Shown: positions 1 to 6,632 of the stretch, in pieces
Position numbering within the stretch: position 1 is the stretch's first letter
How the letters are laid out: each line of letters begins with the position of its first letter
Assembly (NCBI GenBank): GCA_041666745.1
Contig: JBAYGI010000001.1
Span: forward strand, 155,095 to 219,094
Reading direction: 5' to 3'
DNA: 64,000 bases
Source: Candidatus Magasanikiibacteriota bacterium
GTDB lineage: Bacteria > Patescibacteriota > Patescibacteriia > Magasanikbacterales > GWA2-37-8
The notes under the pieces: generated by a model
Database searches by the model: none
Seen by the model: only the letters and a program-made list of their open reading frames with translations
Told to the model about the DNA's origin: nothing
Position numbers and translations under genes: made by a program

Positions 1-2
1 AT

Positions 3-186
3 GGAAGGACAGTAGATGCTTTGGTGGCCAAAGAATCTGCGGGAGGTAGCCATGCGATTTCCTACAAAAATCCAGATACTGGAGAGGTCAAACTGGTTAC
101 TGATCCAAAAAGGATATTCGATGAGAACCATTTAGGTAGCACGCCTAGGATTGTAGCAGGTGGTAGAGGCACAGCGAGTTTAAAGT
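3..186 (+). CDS. 3' end of an upstream gene (partial, C-terminal fragment), product unknown
   Basis: Frame 3 is open from the window edge to TAA at 184-186 (...GRTVDALVAKESAGGSHAISYKNPDTGEVKLVTDPKRIFDENHLGSTPRIVAGGRGTASLK*). A hairpin terminator follows. Confidence 0.3.
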
Positions 187-196
187 AAAGTAACTT

Positions 197-231
197 AAAA
201 AACCCTTAGCATAAGCTAGGGGTTTTTGCTG
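197..231 (+). terminator. Rho-independent terminator
   Basis: AACCCTTAGC-ATAA-GCTAGGGGTT forms a 10-bp stem and is followed by TTTT. Confidence 0.6.
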
Positions 232-268
232 TTATTAGCCAAAATATGGCATTTTTACCCCCACCCCC

Positions 269-297
269 TTGACAAAATCTCTGTTTAGTGGTATACT
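269..297 (+). promoter_or_regulatory. sigma70-like promoter (TTGACA-17-TATACT)
   Basis: TTGACA at 269-274, a 17-nt spacer, and TATACT at 292-297. It lies at the head of GC-rich island 1. Confidence 0.55.
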
Positions 298-393
298 TAT
301 CTGTTAGTTTTAAAAAGGACAATTTAATCGAGTTTCATCTGAGGTTTTGAGAGAGACCAAAGATAAAAGGAAATAGCCGATAAGAATGCAATT

Positions 394-417
394 CTCTCAC
401 CAATGAGAGTTTTTTTG
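394..417 (+). terminator. Hairpin plus U-run (intrinsic terminator or attenuator) inside the long leader
   Basis: CTCTCA-CCAA-TGAGAG followed by TTTTTTT. It sits about 120 nt downstream of the 269-297 promoter. Confidence 0.45.
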
Positions 418-475
418 TGCCATTTTAGTCTAGTGAACAATATACATTGTGGACTGGACTAAGATTGCAACGACG

Positions 476-490
476 GTTCTTTACAATTTA
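476..490 (+). repeat. Cassette boundary box A (gTTCTTTAcAATTTA), copy 1
   Basis: Near-identical 15-mers lie upstream of every GC-rich ORF: 476-490, 1658-1672, 2657-2671, and the variant gCTCTTTAAAACTTA at 13457-13470. Confidence 0.6.
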
Positions 491-497
491 GATGGTA

Positions 498-726
498 AAA
501 AAACTACTTAATCTGCGTGGAAGTAAATACGTGTCATTCCCGTGAAAACGGGAATCTAACATATCTTTACTCCCACGCAGGTTCTAAGCGTAGGGGGGTT
601 GCACCTTTTTGGTGTAGGCCTTCCCGCGTTAGGGAAAAACGTGCAAAGCGTCAGAGTTAACAACTTCGTTCCATCAGAAGGTAACCAATCTTTTCTGCAT
701 GGGACAACGTCCTTTAAGGAGGACCA
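498..726 (+). promoter_or_regulatory. Conserved structured 5' leader, copy 1 (about 85% identical to 13478-13715)
   Basis: A long hairpin CTGCGTGGAAGTAAA...TTTACTCCCACGCAG encloses the REP hairpin. Further conserved blocks are GGGGGGTTGCACC and GGTGTAGGCCTTCCC, the GGAC/GTCC/GGAC alternative pairing around the SD, and an overlapping uORF (MGQ...). Confidence 0.55.
533..563 (+). repeat. REP-like hairpin repeat (TGTCATTCCCGTGAAAACGGGAATC)
   Basis: The ATTCCCG/CGGGAAT stem is present. The same unit recurs at 2627, 9154, 13518, 14446, 14486, 14773 and 28592. Confidence 0.7.
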
Positions 727-1473
727 ATGAACTGCCCATCCTGTAACGTCCTGCTCGCAGTCCCAATGCCGAATTCGTGTCCCTCGTGTGGGCACCTTCT
801 TCTGACGGTCCCGGTCGCCATGGCGGCACCGCGATTGGTCGGAAGCTTTTCGGTACAGCAGCCCGCCACCCCCGCCCCCGTCACCACGACGCCGCCGGCC
901 GCTCCGACCACGGTGGTCACGACGCAATCCGCCCCCGCGACCATTCAGGTTGCGTCCGTATTGCTTTGGATCGCCGGCATTCTGGCCGCTGTCGTGTTGA
1001 TCGCGATTCTGATCCTGACGTGGGTCAACGTGAAAACAACGGCGACGACTGATGAGTTGGCCCGCGCCACCAAACTCATCAACGATAACTCCGATGAGAA
1101 CGGCGAAGTGGTCGTCAAGGCCACTCGCGGCGCAATCGGCACCTCCGAAACGAATGTCAAGCAGGCCATCACAGCCAGCGAGACGAACGTCAAGAAGGCA
1201 ATCACCGATGACGGCAATGCGACGCGCACCGCGATCACCACTTCCGAAACGAATGTCAAGCAGGCCATCACAGCCAGCGAGACGAACGTCAAGAAGGCAA
1301 TCACCGATGACGGCAATGCGACGCGCACCGATGTCAAGGAAGCTCGTAAGGCCCTCCGTTGGGCCATAGCGTCACGGGCATCGAAGTCTGATATCTCGAC
1401 GCTGGAAACGAACATGAGGGCGTCCATCAAGGACAGCAAGCTCACGGTGCGGATCGAAGATCAGCGCAAGTAA
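727..1473 (+). CDS. GC-rich bitopic membrane protein: N-terminal CxxC...CxxC zinc ribbon, Pro/Thr-rich linker, one TM helix, two 33-aa tandem repeats
   Basis: 248-aa ORF with an AAGGAGG SD 7 nt upstream. GC is about 65% with high GC3. The TM helix is IQVASVLLWIAGILAAVVLIAILILTW. The repeat unit is TSETNVKQAITASETNVKKAITDDGNATRT, present twice. Confidence 0.65.
   Translation: MNCPSCNVLLAVPMPNSCPSCGHLLLTVPVAMAAPRLVGSFSVQQPATPAPVTTTPPAAPTTVVTTQSAPATIQVASVLLWIAGILAAVVLIAILILTWVNVKTTATTDELARATKLINDNSDENGEVVVKATRGAIGTSETNVKQAITASETNVKKAITDDGNATRTAITTSETNVKQAITASETNVKKAITDDGNATRTDVKEARKALRWAIASRASKSDISTLETNMRASIKDSKLTVRIEDQRK
1141..1338 (+). repeat. Tandem direct repeat of 99 nt (two 33-codon units) inside the CDS
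   Basis: The 99-nt unit beginning TCCGAAACGAATGTCAAGCAGGCC... recurs 99 nt downstream and is almost identical. Confidence 0.8.
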
Positions 1474-1600
1474 GTAGTTTTTCAACCATCTGCCCTCGCT
1501 AGTCGGGCGTTGTATTTAGTTCACAAGGAGAACTAAACGCACAAAGTACTAGCAAACGCTGGGTGAGGGTAATGAGAATTTTCTCCTAAAGGCAAATCCT

Positions 1601-1620
1601 CCCCACATCCACTTGAATAC
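1601..1620 (+). repeat. Cassette boundary box B (CCCCAcATCcaCTTGAATAC), copy 1
   Basis: Related motifs lie downstream of each island-1 ORF: 1601-1620, 2557-2585 (CCCCATTGTCCATCATCTTGAATAA) and 4523-4542 (CCCCACCATCTTGAATTCAT). Confidence 0.55.
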
Positions 1621-1657
1621 ATTATTGAAACATAGTGTGGTCAAGCGGATGAAAAAT

Positions 1658-1672
1658 GTTCTTTAAAATTTA
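1658..1672 (+). repeat. Cassette boundary box A, copy 2
   Basis: GTTCTTTAAAATTTA, 67 nt upstream of the 1740 start codon. Confidence 0.6.
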
Positions 1673-1739
1673 GGTTAGGAAAGTGGCGAATTGCGTCACG
1701 TGAGATTTCAATTCTTCAACGGTCACAAGGAGACCAATC

Positions 1740-2438
1740 ATGAAGAAGACAATCAAGTTGGTCGCGAGCTTTTTCGCGATGATGGTCGCATTGGCGGTCA
1801 TCGGTGCTTCGTCGGCTTCGGCAGACGAAGTTCAGGCAAATGTCGGCGATGAGGTCGAAGTCAAGGACGGCGACACGATCGTGGTCAAACTGCCAAAGAG
1901 CCAGACCCACGTCAGGCTTGGTGGCAAAACCAAGGTCGTGACACCGACATCAGCCCTCGACGACGAGTTCGCACAGCAGGCCAAGGCGGTCACCGAGCCC
2001 GAGGACGCCACGTCCTCGGTTGAGTTCGCAATGTTCGCGTCGAAAGATCCTAATATGGCCGTGGTTGGATCCAAGCTGGGTTTCGCGACGAAAGTCGGGA
2101 CTCCATTGGTTCGTGCCTACGCCGGCGCAACCTTCGGAAAGGCTCTCACGGATCTCAGCGGTTCGAATCAGAATCTTTGGGTCTTCGGCTTCAACGCCGG
2201 CGTCTCGAAGCTCATGACGAAAACTGTCGAGCTCGGAATCTTTGGCACGGCCACCTGGTCGTACCGAGATGTAGTTCGTGAGGCCTCCGCATCGTTCATC
2301 GGTGCGGGTCCGGCACTCCGTGTCAACAAGTGGGGCGTGTTCGTTGAGGCAGGAATTCCGATCGGCTATTGCAACAAGTTTTCCAGAGGTTGGGAGACAG
2401 GTTCGGCCCTTCAAGCCGCCTTCGGTTTCCGCTTCTAG
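1740..2438 (+). CDS. GC-rich secreted protein with a signal peptide and a C-terminal ...AAFGFRF beta-barrel OMP-like signature
   Basis: 232 aa. Signal peptide MKKTIKLVASFFAMMVALAVIGASSASA|DE. Alternating hydrophobic residues end in a terminal Phe. SD AAGGAGA. High GC. Confidence 0.6.
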   Translation: MKKTIKLVASFFAMMVALAVIGASSASADEVQANVGDEVEVKDGDTIVVKLPKSQTHVRLGGKTKVVTPTSALDDEFAQQAKAVTEPEDATSSVEFAMFASKDPNMAVVGSKLGFATKVGTPLVRAYAGATFGKALTDLSGSNQNLWVFGFNAGVSKLMTKTVELGIFGTATWSYRDVVREASASFIGAGPALRVNKWGVFVEAGIPIGYCNKFSRGWETGSALQAAFGFRF

Positions 2439-2556
2439 TAGCCCCACATCCTCAGTTAGCAGAACTGTAAAACTGCCGGTTGTTCGTCGTCGCAGATTTT
2501 CGCGATTGGCGAACCGAGATCTTGGGCTCGGCCGTGCGTTTCTCGCATGGCCAGCT

Positions 2557-2585
2557 CTCCCCATTGTCCATCATCTTGAATAAAT
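2557..2585 (+). repeat. Cassette boundary box B, copy 2
   Basis: CTCCCCATTGTCCATCATCTTGAATAAAT. Confidence 0.5.
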
Positions 2586-2626
2586 ATGGTGTACAGTGTC
2601 AGAGAGTAAAGTTTCTGATAAATAAT

Positions 2627-2652
2627 TGTCATTCCCGTGAAAGCGGGAATCC
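2627..2652 (+). repeat. REP-like hairpin repeat
   Basis: TGTCATTCCCGTGAAAGCGGGAATCC inserted into the inter-cassette spacer. The homologous spacer at 1621-1657 lacks it. Confidence 0.7.
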
Positions 2653-2656
2653 AACA

Positions 2657-2671
2657 GTTCTTTACAATTTA
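2657..2671 (+). repeat. Cassette boundary box A, copy 3
   Basis: GTTCTTTACAATTTA. Confidence 0.6.
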
Positions 2672-2859
2672 AAACAACGATAGGAAGAAAATTTCCCACC
2701 GCGAAGAGAGTGTGTGTATCTAATACATAATTTCTCTCCGCGGGGGCGAAATTTTCTCCCCAAGGTAATCCGCTTGCTTCTCAGCGAGGAGAAGTGGGTT
2801 GCGGGGGAAAATCCCGCGAGAGTGTCTTTCTGCCAACCAAGACCTATGGAGGGTCATCA

Positions 2860-4319
2860 TGCAGAGCAAGAACATCAAGTTGGTCGCGAGCTGCATCGCG
2901 ATGCTGGTCACGTTGGTGATCAGCGGCTGTAATGGGTTCGAAAACCCCAACTCCACGGACGTCGCCAACAGTGGCACGGACGTGGCGGCGGCGGACGCGG
3001 GTAACACCGCGGACGCCGGACAGAAGGCTGAGATCGCGTCGGTCGACGCCGGCAACGCCGGCACCGACACCTCCGTGCAGGAAGTGCAGCAGGTCGAGAT
3101 CGCGCAGCAGGAAGTCACGACGGACGCCGGCCCAAAGCCGGAGTGCGTCACCAAGACCGATTGCGACGACAACAACCTGTGCACGGTGGATTTCTGTGAG
3201 CAGGGCAAGTGCAGTCATGCGGACGCCTCGGGCGACTGCGACGACGGCAATGCCTGTACGCTCAAGGACACGTGCTCGGCCGGCGCCTGCAAGGGCACGC
3301 CGGTCGACTGCAACGACAACAATCCCTGCACGGACGATTTCTGCCTCGGTGGCGTGTGTTATCAGGGCGTCAACAATGCGCCCTGCAACGACAACGACGC
3401 CTGCACGCAGGAGATGTGCTCGGGCGGCACGTGCCAGATTGGCACGGTGACCGACTGCAACGACAACAACCCATGCACGATCGACACGTGTGATAAGACC
3501 AAGGGTTGTACCAATACACCAGTCGTCTGCGAAGATGGCGATCTGTGCACTATGGATTGGTGCGATTTCGAAACTGGTGCCTGTCTTTTCGTCAACAAGG
3601 TTTGTGACGACGGCAAAGCATGGACAGAAGATTTTTGTGACAGCTTCGGCTGGTACGGAGTCCCTGGCCAGTGTGTCGCAGAAAACAAGCCAAATGGCTG
3701 TTCTAAGGACACGGACTGCAAATGGGACGGCAACCTTTGCACGTTCGTGACCTGCAACGGTATCACAGGCACATGCGGGGCAATCGACAAGAACTGCAAC
3801 GACAATTTGCCCTGCACAGTCGATTCCTGCGCCCCGTCGAAGGGGTGTGTCAGCACGCCGGTGAACTGCGACGATAACAACACCTTGACGACAGACAGTT
3901 GCAATGCTCAGGGCGCCTGCGTCCACACGCCGGTTGGCACCACGCCGACCCCGACGCCGACCACGTTCGTCCAGCTCGGGTTCGTCGCTCCTGTGGCGGC
4001 GGAAATCCACGTCTTTCACGGCGTGGATCCGTCCGATCCGGCCAAGAACGTCGAATCGATCGGGCTGGCTCCCTACGTCATCAACCTTAACCAGTACGAG
4101 GCTTGTGGTACGGCCGATGGTATCGACATCGCCGTGCGCAATCCGACCACGATGGTTTGGTGGTGCGGAGTGGGAGATGGCACGCCGAGCAAGGCACAGC
4201 TCAGTGTCTCGGTCAACGGAAAGTTGGTGACCCCAACGTTCCAGATCGAAATCGGAGCTTGCAGCAACGGACCGGAGGGCAATCTCCACCTGAGCAAATT
4301 GCAGCTCGGCTGTCCCTAG
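2860..4319 (+). CDS. GC-rich lipoprotein with about 12 Cys-rich CxDxNxCTxDxC repeats (Myxococcus-type cysteine-rich repeat)
   Basis: Start chosen at MQSKNIKLVASCIAMLVTLVISGC (lipobox ISGC) with GGAGGG 6 nt upstream. The longer ORF from 2799 has no SD. Repeats are of the form CNDNNPCTDDFC and CDDGNACTLKDTC. High GC. Confidence 0.65.
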
Positions 4320-4522
4320 TTCTTTCGCAGTATCGGCGCCTATCGTTGACCGGTTTTAAACTTTACCGGTTCTAAACAAAAAGTGAAGGTTATTCGCACC
4401 TTAAATAAAAGCGGACGTTGGAGTGTTTTGATGGAAAACCACTCTTGCGATAGGCCATTTTGGCCAACCGTATTTGTCAGCGATAACTCGTTGGCGGATC
4501 GGAACCTCGGGGCATGCAAATG

Positions 4523-4542
4523 CCCCACCATCTTGAATTCAT
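4523..4542 (+). repeat. Cassette boundary box B, copy 3
   Basis: CCCCACCATCTTGAATTCAT, preceded by the perfect hairpin GGGGCAT-GCAA-ATGCCCC at 4509-4526. Confidence 0.5.
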
Positions 4543-4598
4543 AATCTCGATTGTGACTTGAAGATGGAAATAGCAATATCTCCATTACAAAAAACAAT

Positions 4599-4626
4599 CA
4601 CCCTTCTCTCGGGTGGTTTTTTGTTT
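4599..4626 (+). terminator. Hairpin plus U-run terminator closing island 1
   Basis: CACCC-TTCTCTC-GGGTG followed by GTTTTTTGTTTTT. Confidence 0.5.
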
Positions 4627-4656
4627 TTGACACTAAATTCATTTTGTGAGATAATA
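4627..4656 (+). promoter_or_regulatory. sigma70-like promoter (TTGACA-18-ATAATA)
   Basis: TTGACA at 4627-4632 and ATAATA at 4651-4656, upstream of the 4685 CDS. Confidence 0.5.
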
Positions 4657-4684
4657 AAATTATCAAAAATTATTTTAACAAAAT

Positions 4685-5053
4685 ATGGATCCAGAAATTA
4701 AACAATATTTTGAAAAAGTCGATCAGCGGATGGATAAAACCGACCAGCGTTTTGATGAACTGATGGATTTTTTGTCTGAAAATATGGCTACCAAAACAGA
4801 TTTGGCAAATTCTGAAAAAAGACTGGAAGAAAAGTTTAATCAAAAAATTGAAACAGAAATCGCCAATCTTAATACAAGTTTGTCTCAAGAAATTCGTATT
4901 TTGCGTGTTGAAGTCGAACAGGTAAAATGGCAAATAGAGAAGTTGGAGAAGCGCATGCGTGAAGATAGTGATGTGTTAAGCAGTGAAGTATTAGACATAA
5001 AGAAACGCATAGATTTGTTGGAGCGTCGATTCAATGAATTGCAGCCAGTTTAG
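4685..5053 (+). CDS. Hypothetical coiled-coil protein
   Basis: 122 aa. Heptad-rich and charged (KRLEEKFNQKIETEIANLN...). No recognisable catalytic motif. Confidence 0.5.
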   Translation: MDPEIKQYFEKVDQRMDKTDQRFDELMDFLSENMATKTDLANSEKRLEEKFNQKIETEIANLNTSLSQEIRILRVEVEQVKWQIEKLEKRMREDSDVLSSEVLDIKKRIDLLERRFNELQPV

Positions 5054-5221
5054 CGTATCTTGTTTGAGTATATTATCAACCATTACAATATTTGTAGTGG
5101 TTGATTTTTTTATCCACAGTCATTGTTGGTTTACACAGTAAAAAGGTGTATAATAGGCAGGTATACGTTTCTGTTTTTTGTCAAAAATGTATAAAAAAAG
5201 AAATCAAAATATATATTAAAT

Positions 5222-5839
5222 ATGCAGTTTCAGCCATTTTATCAAAAAATAAGAGAAATTAAACCGTTGTTTTCCAAAAAGGATGCCGAGCTGTTGTTTC
5301 CTACCGGAGATATCTCCTCACAACAGCTTTCTCGTTGGTGCAAGCAGGGGTATCTTTTGAAAATTAAAAATGGGCTTTATCTTTTATCCGGATACGAAAA
5401 CCAAGTTCCAAATTTTTTTATTGCTAATGCGATCTACTATCCGTCGTATGTTAGTTTGGAAACTGCTTTGTATGAGTATGGTTTTATTCCGGATGTTCCA
5501 CACACTATCACTTCGGTCACAACCAAAAAAACTAGTTTTGTAAAAATAAATTTAGGGCAATTTTCTTATCGAAAAATTAAAACCGATTGTTTTATTGGCT
5601 ATGAGCCAAAACGATACTTGAAATTCGATGTTTTATTTGCCAGTCCAGAAAAAGCTTTGGTGGATTTTTTCTATTTAAACAAACAACGTTTACAAAAATC
5701 CGAACAGATTACGGAACTGCGCCTAAATTATTTTAGTTTAAAAGAAAAAATAGACAAAGAAAAGTTGCGTCATTATGGATCTTTGTATAAAAGCCCATTG
5801 CTAGATCGTTTGTTAAAAGAGCTGATTAATCAATTTTAA
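5222..5839 (+). CDS. AbiEi-family antitoxin/transcriptional regulator (type IV TA)
   Basis: N-terminal LSRWCKQGYLLKIKNGLYLL matches the AbiEi wHTH signature (xSRxxKxGxLxRIxRGxY). It sits immediately upstream of the AbiEii-like gene. Confidence 0.65.
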   Translation: MQFQPFYQKIREIKPLFSKKDAELLFPTGDISSQQLSRWCKQGYLLKIKNGLYLLSGYENQVPNFFIANAIYYPSYVSLETALYEYGFIPDVPHTITSVTTKKTSFVKINLGQFSYRKIKTDCFIGYEPKRYLKFDVLFASPEKALVDFFYLNKQRLQKSEQITELRLNYFSLKEKIDKEKLRHYGSLYKSPLLDRLLKELINQF

Positions 5840-5841
5840 TT

Positions 5842-6618
5842 ATGGAGGACTTACCATTAATTTTAAAATTTGCCAAAGAACGTGGTCTGCCTTTGAATAA
5901 TCCCAAGAGTTTGTATGTGGAATATTTGCAATATGAAGTATTGAATTCTATTTTTAGACATACGGATAAATTGAGTTTTATTGGCGGTACGGCTTTGCGA
6001 ATTTTATTTAATTCACAAAGATTTTCTGAGGATTTGGACTTTGATAATTTCGGTATTACAGAAAAAGAATTTGAAAAATTGACACGTGATATTTCCAAAG
6101 ATTTGTTTGCCTTGGGTTTTCAGGTAGAATTTAGGAATGTTTATAAAGGGGCATATCATTGTTATTTTAAGTTTGCTGAAATTTTGCAAAAATATGGTTT
6201 TTCACCGCATGCTGATGAAAAAATATTGGTGAGAATTGATACAGTCAAACAGGATTTTGATTTTTCACCGGTTGTTGGCGTTTTGAATAATTTCGGATTA
6301 TTTTTCGAAGTAAGACATAATCCAAAAGATATTTTGTATAGTCAAAAATTATTGGCCGCTTTGGAACGGAAGCGTGGAAAGGGGAGAGACTTTTATGATA
6401 TTACTTTTTTGGATGGTTTGACCAAGCCCAATCTGGACTATTTGAATTACAAAGTTGGTATCAAAACTATGGGTGAATTAAAAGAACGTTTGTTGGCACG
6501 ATGTAGCGAAGTGGATTTCAAAGAGATGGCGCGCGATGTCGAACCGTTTTTGTTCAACCACGACGATATTGTTCGTATTACCAAGTTTCCACAGTATATC
6601 GAGGGGTGGCAGGTGTAA
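5842..6618 (+). CDS. AbiEii/AbiGii-family nucleotidyltransferase toxin (DUF1814)
   Basis: FIGGTALRILFNSQRFSEDLDFD is the typical nucleotidyltransferase motif of AbiEii. It lies 2 nt after the AbiEi stop. Confidence 0.65.
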   Translation: MEDLPLILKFAKERGLPLNNPKSLYVEYLQYEVLNSIFRHTDKLSFIGGTALRILFNSQRFSEDLDFDNFGITEKEFEKLTRDISKDLFALGFQVEFRNVYKGAYHCYFKFAEILQKYGFSPHADEKILVRIDTVKQDFDFSPVVGVLNNFGLFFEVRHNPKDILYSQKLLAALERKRGKGRDFYDITFLDGLTKPNLDYLNYKVGIKTMGELKERLLARCSEVDFKEMARDVEPFLFNHDDIVRITKFPQYIEGWQV

Positions 6619-6632
6619 TATATTAGAGCAAA

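Noticed and set aside
699-746. uORF in the conserved leader as a conserved leader peptide
   Set aside because: Both copies start MGQ, but they differ in length and frame relative to the main ORF. The conservation appears to be at the nucleotide or structure level. I mention it only as part of the SD-switch.
727-1473. Diversity-generating retroelement target (VR/IMH) explanation for the repeat-containing GC-rich ORF
   Set aside because: No reverse transcriptase and no adenine-rich template repeat matching the 99-nt tandem repeat are present. The two repeat copies are nearly identical rather than A-site variable.
2799-2859. Longer N-terminus (MRGKIPREC...) for the Cys-rich lipoprotein
   Set aside because: No SD precedes 2799. 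The internal ATG at 2860 has GGAGGG 6 nt upstream and starts a canonical lipoprotein signal peptide homologous to the neighbouring gene's N-terminus.
2844-4289. Long antisense ORFs in the GC-rich islands (for example 2844-4289 minus, 481 aa; 945-1445 minus; 1950-2564 minus; 2932-3450 plus)
   Set aside because: They are stop-poor alternative frames, as expected in 65% GC DNA. The products are Arg/Ala-rich and low-complexity, and they lack SD sequences. The sense-frame proteins have coherent signal peptides and domain repeats.
265-4560. Classical integron (intI plus attC cassette array)
   Set aside because: No integrase gene is in the window. Box A (GTTCTTTAcAATTTA) does not fit the attC R' core GTTRRRY, and its reverse complement does not fit RYYYAAC. 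Only the cassette-like modularity is retained, as a finding.
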